From assembly GCA_964591715.1 (NCBI GenBank), contig CAZQDR010000002.1, positions 3,614-57,135 of the forward strand: 53,522 nucleotides of DNA. The letters run 5' to 3'. Both the position numbers and the translations under genes were made by a program. The stretch comes from an uncultured Candidatus Saccharibacteria bacterium (GTDB lineage: Bacteria; Patescibacteriota; Minisyncoccia; Phycocordibacterales; JACOZG01). Within the stretch, counting starts at the first letter, position 1. Every line of letters starts with the position of its first letter. Below the pieces are notes generated by a model. That model made no database searches. It was not told where the DNA came from and saw only the letters and a program-made list of their open reading frames with translations. This document shows, one piece after another, positions 32,601 through 41,855 of the stretch.

Positions 32601-35600
32601 ATGACCTGCGCTCAAATTTGCGTGAGAGTTTATGCCCTCCGCATTTTTTCTTCATTGATAACTGTGCTGGTGGTAATCATTAGCCTCGGTTTTTTATTCT
32701 CGCCAACCACCGCCTCCGCTTTTGCTTGCCAATCAAACGCCACTGGTAATTGGAGCGTGGCAGGGACTTGGACAAACTGTAATGGCACGACGCCGCAAAC
32801 CAGCGATACCATCCAAATTTTGAATGGGCACACGGTAACCCTCAACACCAGTGCTACTGTCGCCAGCACTACGATTGACGTCGGAGGCACGCTTACCGAG
32901 GATGGCAATGGTCGGACTTTAACCAATGCCAGTGGCTGGTTAAACAACGGAACTTTTACGGCTAATCAGAGTACCGTCAGATTTACTGGCACGCAAACTA
33001 TTAGGGGCGGGACGACATTTAATAATCTGGAGTTCTATTCATCGGGGACTGGTCGGTATTTTACAATTGCGGCGGGAACTTACGCGACAACGACTGGCAC
33101 CCTAATTTTGAGTGGTGACGATATTATCGGTCTCTTTACGGGCAATATTGATGTCCAGGGTAATATCACGATAACCAATACCCGCAGTCACGCGAATGCC
33201 AACGGTTCCGCAACAGTCACCATTAAGGGCTCTGGTGATCAGACGGTTACCGGTAATTCTACGGTTGGTTTTGGTCGCTTGCCTAATGTGGTTATAAATA
33301 AGCCAAGTGGTAATTTAACTTTTGCTAACACTATTACCGTCGGTGGTAACTGGACCTTCACTTCAATAGGATCTGGCTCAATTATTAGTACTGGGTCCAC
33401 GGTGGCTTTTATTAAAAGCGCTACAATTACTGGTTCCATGACCTTCAATAACCTAACCTTTGCCCCCGATGGCTCCGGTGGCGCCTTCACCATTGCCGCG
33501 GGCACTTTTGCCACGACTACTAATCTAACTTTATCGGGCAGTGAAGTTTTGACTTTAAATACAGGTAATATTGATGTTTTAGGCAATCTGACTTTGAGTA
33601 ATGCCACCGCTCACCCCAATGCTAATGGTTCCGCCACGATCACCGTGATTGGTACTGGTGATCAGGTGCTTACTGGCGCTTCCGCTCCTCGACTGTCGCG
33701 CGTGCCAAACTTCGTGATCAACAAATCATCTGGCACCCTCTCATTATCAGGCTACCTGAACGTGGGCGGCAATTTTACTTATACTGCCGGTACGGTGGAT
33801 GCCACAACAGCCAGTAGTACGGTCGTAATGCTTCTCACTAGCAAAACTCTTGATGGAGAGGGTACGTCAGCGACGATGGCTTTTGATAATTTACAATTGG
33901 GGGCCGTCGGTGGGGAAAATGCCTCGATTACCAATAACGGTATTCTCGATATTAACGGTAGCCTCAACATTATCACCAGTTCCACACTCAACAATGCGGG
34001 CAATCATGCCATTTATGTGGCTCGTAACTGGACTAATGGTGGCGCCTTCACCTCGGGCTCAGGCACAGTCACGTTTGACGGCTCGGCTGATTCTATAATT
34101 ATTACGGGCGGAACGGGCACGACTCAGGATTTTGCCAGCACAACAATTGCTAAGACAGGAAGTGGGGTAGCGCAGCTCTCAACGAATGGGATGGATATAG
34201 ATAACGTGCTCACTGTGACCTCGGGAACTTTTAATCTGAATGGCCAAAATCTGTCAACGATTACAACTTGCAATATTACGGGCACGATCAAATTAACTGG
34301 CGATGAAACTATTTCTTGTACCCCCACGCTGAACGCGGGTAGTACGGTAGAATATTCTGCGACCTCTGGTTCTCGCGCTGTTAAAAGCTGGGATTACAGT
34401 AATGCGAGTACTACGATCAGTGGTAATGGCGGTACCTTTACGGACTCAGGTACGCGAACGGTGGGCGGCAATTTTACTATCGCCGCGGGCACCTACTCGG
34501 CGCCAAGCACGCTAAATGTGGGAGGGAATTGGACAAAGTCTGGCGGTACTTTTACTCACAACAGTGGCACGGTAGTTTTAAATGGCTCCAACCAAAGCAT
34601 TGCTGGTTCTACCACTTTTTACAATCTAACTAAATCCGAGAGTACCGATAACACCTCAGACGTCACGCTAACTTTTGAAGCTGGTTCCACGAGCACGATT
34701 GATACTGGTGGTTTATTGACGCTAACAGGCTTGGATGATTCGGACCGACTGAATTTAGTTTCCTCGGTGCCTAGCACCGCTTGGTATTTGAATGTTGACG
34801 GCGGAATGTTAATTGACTATGTGCGGGTGACTGATTCGGATGCCAGTGGTGGCAGTCAAATTCTTGCCACTAATTCCTTGGGGGTTTCCGGAAATGTTAA
34901 CTGGAGTTTGCCGGGCGCTAATCAAGCACCAACAGTTTCCTCACTGGCTCCGGCCCTTGGGGATTGGACTAATGATTCCACACCCGCCTTTACCTTTACT
35001 ACTGCCGATGATGATGCGGATACGGTGGCCTACGAGTTGGTTGTAGATGACACCAGCAACTTCTCTTCGCCCGTTTATCGGGCCACCTCCACCTATGCGG
35101 TGGCCGGGAGCGTTAGCACCACCACGCCGGTTTTGCCTGATGCGGCCGGGTATTATTGGCGAGTGATGGTTGGCGATGGCTCGGCCACCTCGTCATATTC
35201 GACCGCTAACTCGGGAGCGATCGCCTTCAAATTAGACACCACCGCCCCAACGGCTGGCGCGATTACTTTTAATACGGTCACTGCAACCGCGATAACGGCT
35301 ACGACTACCGGTGCTTCGGATGCGGCGTCTGGTCTTGCGGCTACTCCTTTTTACTACCGCAACGTCACCCAAGACACTTATGCCGCTGCCACCATTGCCG
35401 CCGCCAGTTTCTCCTCTCTAACGCCTAATACCACCTATAACTACGAAGTGGGAGTTCTTGATCTAGCCGGAAATTGGGCCACCACCACGGCAGACGCCAC
35501 GACAACTCTAGCCAACAGTCCAGCCACCCTCACTCTTACTCCTGGCGCCAGCTCCATTAGTGCCAGTTGGGGGGCCAATTCCAATCCGGGCGACACTGAG

Positions 35601-36185
35601 TACTATGCCGAAAATATTGAAGCGGGGACTAACTCTGGTTGGATTACGACGACCAGCTGGAACTCGACTGGACTTACTACCGAGACGGAGTACACGATTA
35701 ATGTTAAGGCCCGCAGTCGCGAGGGGGTTGAAACTGCTGTTGTGGATGAGACCACTACCACCACACTTACACCGCCGCCTGCCGAGACCACTCCCGAACC
35801 ACTCAGTCGATCGGGTTCTTCACGGCGGAATTCTTCCTTCAGCGTAGTCAGTGGATCGTCGTTAAAATTAAATTCACCCCTGTATGTTGGTCTAAGATCA
35901 CCTCAAGTGACCGCCTTACAACAAATGCTGGCTCAAGACCCAACCATTTATCCGAATCCCCAGATCACGGGTTATTACGGTTTGCTCACTAAGGCTGCTG
36001 TCGCTCGCTTCCAACAAAAGTACGGCATTATTACCACCCCTCAAACTCTCGGTCTGGCGGGACCAAATACTCGGGCCAAGCTAAATGCGGTATATGCTAA
36101 CGGTTTGAGTTTTGTTCAGCCCATTACTACCCCCGTTCTACCAATTTCGCAACTGCAGCTACTTTTGAGACTACTTTCCCGTTAG
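32601..36185 (+). CDS. giant cell-surface protein: signal/TM anchor, beta-helix-like GGNWT/GGNFT repeat region, three FN3/Ig-like modules, C-terminal peptidoglycan-binding (PG_binding_1-like) domain
   Basis: ORF track 32592..36185 (1197 aa). N-terminal hydrophobic helix. Recurrent VGGNWTFTS / VGGNFTYTAG / VGGNFTIAAG / VGGNWTKSGG. FN3-like segments (TPNTTYNYEVGVLD, TETEYTINVKARS). C-terminus LRSPQVTALQQMLAQDPTIYPNPQITGYYGLLTKAAVARFQQKYGI. Confidence 0.8.
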   Translation: MTCAQICVRVYALRIFSSLITVLVVIISLGFLFSPTTASAFACQSNATGNWSVAGTWTNCNGTTPQTSDTIQILNGHTVTLNTSATVASTTIDVGGTLTEDGNGRTLTNASGWLNNGTFTANQSTVRFTGTQTIRGGTTFNNLEFYSSGTGRYFTIAAGTYATTTGTLILSGDDIIGLFTGNIDVQGNITITNTRSHANANGSATVTIKGSGDQTVTGNSTVGFGRLPNVVINKPSGNLTFANTITVGGNWTFTSIGSGSIISTGSTVAFIKSATITGSMTFNNLTFAPDGSGGAFTIAAGTFATTTNLTLSGSEVLTLNTGNIDVLGNLTLSNATAHPNANGSATITVIGTGDQVLTGASAPRLSRVPNFVINKSSGTLSLSGYLNVGGNFTYTAGTVDATTASSTVVMLLTSKTLDGEGTSATMAFDNLQLGAVGGENASITNNGILDINGSLNIITSSTLNNAGNHAIYVARNWTNGGAFTSGSGTVTFDGSADSIIITGGTGTTQDFASTTIAKTGSGVAQLSTNGMDIDNVLTVTSGTFNLNGQNLSTITTCNITGTIKLTGDETISCTPTLNAGSTVEYSATSGSRAVKSWDYSNASTTISGNGGTFTDSGTRTVGGNFTIAAGTYSAPSTLNVGGNWTKSGGTFTHNSGTVVLNGSNQSIAGSTTFYNLTKSESTDNTSDVTLTFEAGSTSTIDTGGLLTLTGLDDSDRLNLVSSVPSTAWYLNVDGGMLIDYVRVTDSDASGGSQILATNSLGVSGNVNWSLPGANQAPTVSSLAPALGDWTNDSTPAFTFTTADDDADTVAYELVVDDTSNFSSPVYRATSTYAVAGSVSTTTPVLPDAAGYYWRVMVGDGSATSSYSTANSGAIAFKLDTTAPTAGAITFNTVTATAITATTTGASDAASGLAATPFYYRNVTQDTYAAATIAAASFSSLTPNTTYNYEVGVLDLAGNWATTTADATTTLANSPATLTLTPGASSISASWGANSNPGDTEYYAENIEAGTNSGWITTTSWNSTGLTTETEYTINVKARSREGVETAVVDETTTTTLTPPPAETTPEPLSRSGSSRRNSSFSVVSGSSLKLNSPLYVGLRSPQVTALQQMLAQDPTIYPNPQITGYYGLLTKAAVARFQQKYGIITTPQTLGLAGPNTRAKLNAVYANGLSFVQPITTPVLPISQLQLLLRLLSR
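32970..33791 (+). repeat. tandem duplication of a ~140-aa module inside the surface-protein gene
   Basis: aa ~127-268 (STVRFTGTQTIRGGTTFNNLEF...NIDVQGNITITNTRSHANANGSATVTIKGSGDQTVTG...VGGNWTFTS) versus aa ~269-400 (STVAFIKSATITGSMTFNNLTF...NIDVLGNLTLSNATAHPNANGSATITVIGTGDQVLTG...VGGNFTYTAG). Confidence 0.8.
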
Positions 36186-36275
36186 ACTCTTCTAAATTTT
36201 GTGGTAAACTCCGGCTAGAGCTTGCTCTTAATTTTTAGACTTTTCGAAACTCATAAGAATAGGGAGGAGATAAAA

Positions 36276-36689
36276 ATGACCAAGAGAAATGTCGAGCAGC
36301 GTTTCAATAAGCTAGTGCGGGACAGAGTTCCGACTATAATTCGGAAAACGGGGGCACAAGTACGGGCTCGGCCAGCTCACCCCGAGGAGCGAAGGCCTCT
36401 GTTGCGGGCGAAACTGCAGGAGGAGCTGAGAGAGTTTATAGACGCCAGAAACTCAGATGAACGTCTGGAAGAGTTGGTTGACTTGCTTGATGTGCTCGAG
36501 GCGGTTCGTCGGGACGAGAACATTACCCGCTCGGAGTTGGAGTTGGCCCGCTGTCGTAAGCAGCATGCCAAAGGCGGCTTTAGAAAGTTTTTGATCCTGC
36601 AGACGGTAACTGCTACCTACCGAGAACCCAAGCTGCGTCTGCTGCGAGCGCTGCCTCCCCTTAAGTCATCGAGCGGTAAGAAAGTCTGA
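36276..36689 (+). CDS. MazG-like/PRA-PH-like nucleoside triphosphate pyrophosphohydrolase family protein
   Basis: The ORF track gives 36222. ATG 36276 has gggaggag upstream. KLVRDRVPTII...KLQEELREFIDA...LEELVDLLDVLEAV...RCRKQHAKGGFRKFLIL fits the small all-alpha NTP-PPase pattern (from memory). Confidence 0.65.
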   Translation: MTKRNVEQRFNKLVRDRVPTIIRKTGAQVRARPAHPEERRPLLRAKLQEELREFIDARNSDERLEELVDLLDVLEAVRRDENITRSELELARCRKQHAKGGFRKFLILQTVTATYREPKLRLLRALPPLKSSSGKKV

Positions 36690-36697
36690 TTAATGAA

Positions 36698-36727
36698 AAG
36701 CCCCCACCGATGGGGGCTTTGTTTTTT
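36698..36727. terminator. hairpin terminator between convergent genes
   Basis: aagccccca / ccga / tgggggctt, then tgTTTTTT. Confidence 0.75.
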
Positions 36728-36730
36728 GCC

Positions 36731-36991
36731 TCAAAGTCGCCAGGGAAATCCGGCTGGGCCGGAGACGATTTGGCCATGGTGGCCCGAGTGCTCGTCGCAA
36801 GCTTTGAACTGATAGACGGTGGGAGCAATTTCGAACATTCTAATTAGGATTAGCTTGGTCCAAAATTTCTCACAGTTGTTGTGGTCACAGATGGCGCTTT
36901 CGAAAAGCGGCTGAGCCAAAAGATTCAGGCGACGAAACTCGTTACCAAATAAGGTCCGAGCTTCAAGCTCAACAGGATTAAGGCTACTCAT
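36731..36991 (-). CDS. hypothetical protein (86 aa), possibly a DinB-superfamily C-terminal fragment
   Basis: ORF track. GGAGG lies 8 nt upstream on the minus strand. The C-terminal DEHSGHHGQIV resembles the H..HxGQ(i/l) metal-binding helix of DinB-like proteins, but the ORF is about half their normal length. Confidence 0.45.
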   Translation of the reverse strand: MSSLNPVELEARTLFGNEFRRLNLLAQPLFESAICDHNNCEKFWTKLILIRMFEIAPTVYQFKACDEHSGHHGQIVSGPAGFPWRL

Positions 36992-37104
36992 TTGAAAAAC
37001 CTCCGTGTTAGGGAAATACTGATCTCGAGTTAGCCTAGCACAACAATTTTTTTTGAGCTAGCCCGGCTTAATCGCTAATTCAGCCGTACGTGCTCTACTA
37101 AAAT

Positions 37105-38856
37105 ATGCTTAAGAAAATATTCAGCCTCGTTTTGGTGTTAGCTGTCGCCGTTGTTCCCTTTACTAACGTTTTAAATACTGAAGCTGCTGTTAGCTCGTGG
37201 CAGAAGGGTGTAACTTTTTTCCCCAACTCAGCGGGTGATTATAGTAGCGAATCTTTTCGCCAGTCGCTTAGCCGAGCTCGAGACTCAGGCGCGACTCACG
37301 TGGGGTTAGTTATTCCATATTATCAATCAAATATCTTTTCCAGTGACGTGGGTGCCGGTTGGAATACTCCCTCCGACGAAGCGTTAGCCGCGGGAATTGA
37401 TTATGCTCACAGTATTGGGATGAAGGTGATGCTTAAGCCGCACGTTGAGAGTTATGGCGGCGAGTGGCGAGCGCAAATTAATCCCAGCGACCGCGATGCC
37501 TGGTTTAGAAACTATGGCAATATTCTTGTCCACCTGGGCAACATTGGTCAGGATCACGGAGCGGAAATCTTCTCGCTCGGTACCGAACTGGTTAGCTTGG
37601 CTATTCGCACCACGCCTGGTAATACCGAGCGCTGGCAGGCACTGATTGCCCGCGTCCGGGCGGTATATAGTGGTCAACTAACTTACGGCGCCAACTCTAC
37701 CAATAACAATGAGGATCCCTTTTCCAATGAAAAAAAGTTTATTGATTTTTGGCCCCAGCTCGACTTCGTTGGTATTTCGGCTTACTACTCCCTGGATTCA
37801 CGAAATACCGGCACCAGTAACTTGGCGGCTCTCAAGGCCTCTTGGGATGGTTGGAACAATCATGACCTTAAAGCTTTTGCCCAGAGTGTCGGTAAGCCGG
37901 TCATCTTCACCGAAATTGGTTATCGGAGCTTAACTGGTTCGCACATTGAACCTTGGAACTGGGCTCAGAGTGGCACCCCCGACGAGCAGGAGCAGGCCAA
38001 TGATTACCAAGCCCTTTTTGAGTATTGGAATGATTATGACTATATGCAGGGCGTCTATTGGTGGTATTGGGATATGAATCCAAATGCTGGTGGTAACGGC
38101 GATACGGGCTATACACCGCAAAATAAATTAGCCGAAGGTGTCATGGCGAAGTGGTTTGGCAACCCGACCCCGCCGGTTGGTGGTGATCCTGAAGTTCCAG
38201 CGGCCTTCATGGCTGATGGCAGTGCCAGTCCCGCTAGCCCCAAAGCGGGTGAGCGAGTGACAGCGACTATGACCGTCCATAATTCTGGCGGCGCCGCCAA
38301 CAACATGGTCACTGATATTGAGGTTTATGATCACAACAACAATCTCGTTCTGCAAAAGTTTTTTGAGGGCGAGAATTTTGCGGCCAACAGCACCCGGTCA
38401 TACAACGTTGACTGGACCGCCGATAGCGCCGATAAGCAACTTTATCGAATCGCGGTAGGGGTATTTACTGGCAGCTGGAGCCAAAACGTTTATTGGAATA
38501 ATGAAGCGCTAAAAGTTGTTGTTCAGCCCGGCGGTAGTACTGGCGACCCAACAACCGGTCCCGTCACGACCAATATTTGGTGGCCCACCAATGGTGCCAC
38601 GGTGGTGGATACCCAGCCATTTAAAGCCATGTTAGAGGGGCGAGACATCTCCACCTACCGCATGTTCTGGCAAGTTGATGGCGGCCAACTAAATCCGATG
38701 TACGACAGTTCAGAGGATTATCCTCATAAAGAGGCCTGGGTTGATGTGTCTAATTGGCGCTGGCAGCCTAGTCAGCAATACCAGCTTAACTTTGTTAGCC
38801 AAGATAATAGCGGCGTCGTGATCGGCGAGAAGTCAGTAATGATTACAGTGCAGTAG
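37105..38856 (+). CDS. secreted (beta/alpha)8 glycoside hydrolase (clan GH-A-like; family not assignable by eye) with C-terminal beta-sandwich domains
   Basis: 583 aa. Signal peptide MLKKIFSLVLVLAVAVVPFTNVLNTEAA. TIM-barrel-like segment with candidate catalytic Glu residues in FSLGTELV and IFTEIGYRS. Two Ig/CBM-like C-terminal modules. Confidence 0.6.
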   Translation: MLKKIFSLVLVLAVAVVPFTNVLNTEAAVSSWQKGVTFFPNSAGDYSSESFRQSLSRARDSGATHVGLVIPYYQSNIFSSDVGAGWNTPSDEALAAGIDYAHSIGMKVMLKPHVESYGGEWRAQINPSDRDAWFRNYGNILVHLGNIGQDHGAEIFSLGTELVSLAIRTTPGNTERWQALIARVRAVYSGQLTYGANSTNNNEDPFSNEKKFIDFWPQLDFVGISAYYSLDSRNTGTSNLAALKASWDGWNNHDLKAFAQSVGKPVIFTEIGYRSLTGSHIEPWNWAQSGTPDEQEQANDYQALFEYWNDYDYMQGVYWWYWDMNPNAGGNGDTGYTPQNKLAEGVMAKWFGNPTPPVGGDPEVPAAFMADGSASPASPKAGERVTATMTVHNSGGAANNMVTDIEVYDHNNNLVLQKFFEGENFAANSTRSYNVDWTADSADKQLYRIAVGVFTGSWSQNVYWNNEALKVVVQPGGSTGDPTTGPVTTNIWWPTNGATVVDTQPFKAMLEGRDISTYRMFWQVDGGQLNPMYDSSEDYPHKEAWVDVSNWRWQPSQQYQLNFVSQDNSGVVIGEKSVMITVQ

Positions 38857-38871
38857 TAGCCAACTCTCTGC

Positions 38872-38877
38872 TATACT
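38872..38877 (+). promoter_or_regulatory. -10 box TATACT 6 nt upstream of ATG 38884 (leaderless-type)
   Basis: gcTATACTttacaaATG. Confidence 0.4.
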
Positions 38878-38883
38878 TTACAA

Positions 38884-39210
38884 ATGAGTCTAGCTGAACA
38901 AAAATGTGTTCCTTGCGAAGGGGGTACGCCGCCGCTGGATCAAGCCGCGATTGAAATGAACTTGGCCGCAGTGCCCGGATGGCAGCACTCGGGTAACACC
39001 ATCAAACGAGACTTAAAGTTTAAGGATTTTGTTGAAGCTATGGCCTTTGTAAATCAGGTGGCGGCCATTGCGGAAGCGGAAGGTCATCATCCCGATCTGG
39101 CACTCTCGTACAATCAATTAACGATTACGCTCTCCACGCATGCCATTGGCGGTCTGTCGGTTAATGATTTTATTGTCGCGGCGAAGATCAATAAGTTATG
39201 TTCGGCCTAA
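38884..39210 (+). CDS. 4a-hydroxytetrahydrobiopterin dehydratase (pterin-4-alpha-carbinolamine dehydratase)
   Basis: 108 aa. CVPCEGGTPPL...W......I.R...F.DF..A..F...VA..AE..GHHPD......N...I.L.TH..GGLS is the classical PCD pattern. Confidence 0.85.
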   Translation: MSLAEQKCVPCEGGTPPLDQAAIEMNLAAVPGWQHSGNTIKRDLKFKDFVEAMAFVNQVAAIAEAEGHHPDLALSYNQLTITLSTHAIGGLSVNDFIVAAKINKLCSA

Positions 39211-39803
39211 CGACGACAGAACTTCGCCAGCTTAAGCGCCTCACTACACCAATTAAGATCCAGGACTATTTGGATCGGTTGCCGATTAACTTTGAGGAGA
39301 ATGGTTACAGTTATATGTCGCCACGTCGCGTTTTGCGTGAGCGGCGCGCCCACTGCTTGGAGGGCGCGCTTTTGGCGGCCGCTGCCCTGTGGGTAAATGG
39401 CGAGCCACCACTACTGCTCGATCTTAAAACGCTCGATCACGATGATGACCACGTGGTGGCGCTGTATCGGCGCGGCGGCCGCTGGGGCGCCATTAGTAAA
39501 ACCAATCACGCCAGTTTACGCTTTCGCGATCCCATCTACCGGAGTGTGCGCGAACTGGCGGCCTCCTACTTTCACGAATACTTTATTAACCGCACGGGAG
39601 AGAAAACTTTGCGCAGCTTTTCCTCACCACTCCGGCTCAAAAAGTTCGGTAGCGACTGGGTGACGGCTGAAGCCGATTTAGATTTTATCGCCGAGGCGCT
39701 GGATGCTTTGCCGCATCAGTCGCTTTATCCGCGAGCTAACGAGATGTTTATTCGCAAAGCCGATCCGATGGAACGACGCGCTGGGGAAATCACCGAGTGG
39801 TGA
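39198..39803 (+). CDS. hypothetical protein, possible transglutaminase-like Cys-His fold
   Basis: 201 aa. The start overlaps the PCD stop by 13 nt. RRAHCLEGALLAAAAL ... DDDHVVALYRRGGRWGAISKTN suggests a papain/transglutaminase-like Cys/His pair. Weak call, made by eye. Confidence 0.5.
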   Translation: MFGLTTTELRQLKRLTTPIKIQDYLDRLPINFEENGYSYMSPRRVLRERRAHCLEGALLAAAALWVNGEPPLLLDLKTLDHDDDHVVALYRRGGRWGAISKTNHASLRFRDPIYRSVRELAASYFHEYFINRTGEKTLRSFSSPLRLKKFGSDWVTAEADLDFIAEALDALPHQSLYPRANEMFIRKADPMERRAGEITEW

Positions 39804-39805
39804 TG

Positions 39806-39814
39806 TGATATAGT
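39806..39814 (+). promoter_or_regulatory. extended -10 TGaTATAGT 6 nt upstream of ATG 39821 (leaderless-type)
   Basis: gtgatgTGaTATAGTacactcATG. Confidence 0.45.
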
Positions 39815-39820
39815 ACACTC

Positions 39821-40195
39821 ATGACTGCAAAACATTTTTTATTGGGCGGGGGAGTACTTTTAATTTTATTAGGGATTACCGGCATGGTTGGCTTGTTGGG
39901 GCCAACGGCGGTTGATAGTTATTTTGGCGCGAACTGGTGGTTTAATCCTACCGAAAACTGGGCCTATTTAATTGCAGGCATTGTGGCAGTGGTTAGCTCA
40001 ATGATCTTGCCCGTAAACGGTCAAAAAAATCTTGCTGTGGCTTTTGGTGTCGCGGGAGTGGCTCTGGGTTTGTATAGCATGTTTAACCCGGCCTTAGGTG
40101 GCGCCCACTTTGAGAAGCCGGTGGATACCATTCTTTATACAGTACTTGGCCTTACGGCTCTGATTGCCGCTCGTAAACCGGTTGTGTTAGGGTAG
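39821..40195 (+). CDS. small membrane protein (4 TM), unknown function
   Basis: 124 aa with four hydrophobic segments. Confidence 0.6.
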   Translation: MTAKHFLLGGGVLLILLGITGMVGLLGPTAVDSYFGANWWFNPTENWAYLIAGIVAVVSSMILPVNGQKNLAVAFGVAGVALGLYSMFNPALGGAHFEKPVDTILYTVLGLTALIAARKPVVLG

Positions 40196-40199
40196 AGAT

Positions 40200-41159
40200 A
40201 TGCGCCGTCATCTCGATCTTATTATCCCGGCTGTTCTGCTTGTTCTCCTATTTTGTTTGGCGATGTTGACGCCGGTTTTACTTAACGGCAAGTCGCCCAA
40301 AACTTTAGAACCAGTGGCAGCAAATCTGGTAAAAGAAGTTAGTCCACCATCAATCTTGCCCGGCTCTCCGCCGATCGCCATACCGGTGCCAAAACCAAAG
40401 CCCGGCTATACCGCGCGGGCCTTGCTCTCGGTTTACCGAAATCCGGCTGGCGAGAGCGAGGTGGTGCTGGCCAAGAATGCTGATGCCGCTTTGCCAATTG
40501 CTAGCATTACCAAATTAGTTACGGCGCTGGTGGCCAGTGATTATTACGCGCCAGATCTCGCGATTACTGTTAAGCAATCGGATTTACTCGGCTTTATTGA
40601 CCCCAGTGTTTTAAAAGAGGGTGACAACTTTACCGCACGGGCGCTGTTGTATCCACTCTTGGTTGAGTCAAGCAACGATACAGCGATGGTTTTGGCTGCC
40701 CAATCCGACTCGAAAAAATTTGTGGCCGATATGAATGCCTGGGTGCAAGAAATTGGCATGAATGATTCGCATTTTTACAATCCAACCGGCTTGGATGGTA
40801 CAAATCTTAATCGAGCGAGCGCTTTTGATTTAGCACGCTTGGCGATCTACATGCTTGATAATCATCCCGAACTTTTAAGTATTACTACCTTGCAAGGTTA
40901 TGATTTGTATACCAGTGATGGTCGTTTGCATCACCGGCTTGTAAACACGGATCAACTTTTAAACTACCGTGGTTGGCCGGCCGAGATTGTGGGTGGCAAA
41001 ACGGGAACAACGGATCAGTCTAAGCGCTCCCTACTCCTGATCTTAAGAGATAAAGATACCGGCGGCTATTTAATTAACGTTGTTCTTGGCGCCGATGACA
41101 ACTTTGCGGATATGAAGATGTTGATCGACTGGGCCTACGCCAACTATGATTTTTTGTAG
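40200..41159 (+). CDS. D-alanyl-D-alanine carboxypeptidase (peptidase S11, PBP5-like)
   Basis: 319 aa. SxxK (ASITKL), SxN (SSNDTA), KTG (GKTGTT). N-terminal TM anchor. Confidence 0.85.
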   Translation: MRRHLDLIIPAVLLVLLFCLAMLTPVLLNGKSPKTLEPVAANLVKEVSPPSILPGSPPIAIPVPKPKPGYTARALLSVYRNPAGESEVVLAKNADAALPIASITKLVTALVASDYYAPDLAITVKQSDLLGFIDPSVLKEGDNFTARALLYPLLVESSNDTAMVLAAQSDSKKFVADMNAWVQEIGMNDSHFYNPTGLDGTNLNRASAFDLARLAIYMLDNHPELLSITTLQGYDLYTSDGRLHHRLVNTDQLLNYRGWPAEIVGGKTGTTDQSKRSLLLILRDKDTGGYLINVVLGADDNFADMKMLIDWAYANYDFL

Positions 41160-41209
41160 CTTAAATTGTGGACAGTGTTAAAAACTGTTTGAAGAGATAA
41201 TTTAGAAAT

Positions 41210-41246
41210 AGAAAACCCGCCGCCGATAAGACCGACGGAGGGTTTC
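41210..41246 (-). terminator. putative terminator of the 41291..41608 gene
   Basis: Minus-strand hairpin aaaccctccgtcgg...ccggcggcgggttt (imperfect), followed by ttttctattt. Confidence 0.45.
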
Positions 41247-41290
41247 CGTTGTCGTCTCGGGGCGGGGTGGTTCTGGTACCTGTGTTGCGA

Positions 41291-41608
41291 CTATTCGTTG
41301 AACAGAGTCGCAACCGCCGCTATCTCGGCCTGATCTTCGGCGAAGGCGTTCTCGGAGATCGCTTCGCGAACTCTCTTCGGAATCTTGCCGTCGGGTACAG
41401 GCTTGCTCTTGGCGGACAGGCGTTCGAGAAGGTTGTCGCTGTAGAGGCTTCGCGCTGCCACAATCTTCTTGTTGCTGGTCGCACCGATCCTGTAGAGCCA
41501 CTTCCCAACCCTGATTTCCTTGGCGGTATTTCCCACGAAATGACGGCCAATCCACATGTGGGGGGCGTAGTCCTTGTCCGTGTTACTTCCACCGTGTGAG
41601 CCTGGCAT
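41291..41608 (-). CDS. hypothetical protein (105 aa), GC-rich orphan next to tRNA-Ala
   Basis: Chosen among four overlapping ORFs because gggaggt lies 4 nt upstream of its ATG and a TTGACA-N16-TACCAT promoter lies upstream. No family recognised. Confidence 0.55.
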   Translation of the reverse strand: MPGSHGGSNTDKDYAPHMWIGRHFVGNTAKEIRVGKWLYRIGATSNKKIVAARSLYSDNLLERLSAKSKPVPDGKIPKRVREAISENAFAEDQAEIAAVATLFNE

Positions 41609-41664
41609 ACGTACCTCCCTTTTTTTGGGTCTTTCTCGGTTTTTATAAAGAGCGATTCAAAAAG

Positions 41665-41692
41665 ATGGTACCATTTAATAAAAAAATGTCAA
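41665..41692 (-). promoter_or_regulatory. sigma70-like promoter TTGACA-N16-TACCAT (minus strand)
   Basis: Plus-strand tgtcaa 41687..41692 and atggta 41665..41670. Confidence 0.45.
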
Positions 41693-41713
41693 ATGCAAAA
41701 GTTGCTTATATTG

Positions 41714-41784
41714 TGGACCTACCGGGAGTCGAACCCGGACCTCGTCCATGCCATGGACGCATTCTACCGCTGAACTATAGGCCC
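41714..41784 (-). tRNA. tRNA-Ala (anticodon GGC)
   Basis: Folded by hand from the reverse complement: gggccta-ta-gttc-agcggta-gaat-g-cgtcc-atGGCat-ggacg-aggt-ccggg-ttcgact-cccgg-taggtcc-a. G3:U70 present. No encoded CCA. Confidence 0.85.
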
Positions 41785-41855
41785 AATTTTTGATATTATA
41801 CATAACAATTTACTAACGCCAACAGCCCAGCCAGAGACTGGTCCGCCTCTGGCGG

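Noticed and set aside
36186-37104. Direct repeat of the tRNA-Ala(UGC) 3' end marking an island boundary downstream of the giant gene
   Set aside because: I looked for matches of 12 nt or more to ggttcgagtcctctccggtcc in 36186..37104 and saw none, so no att-like boundary can be claimed.
41202-41599. Three other overlapping ORFs (41202..41555 -, 41249..41599 +, 41320..41592 -) in the GC-rich segment
   Set aside because: Only 41291..41608(-) has a strong SD (gggaggt), an upstream TTGACA-N16-TACCAT promoter and a downstream hairpin. The other three ORFs are Arg/Pro/Gly-rich frames typical of GC-rich off-frame translation.
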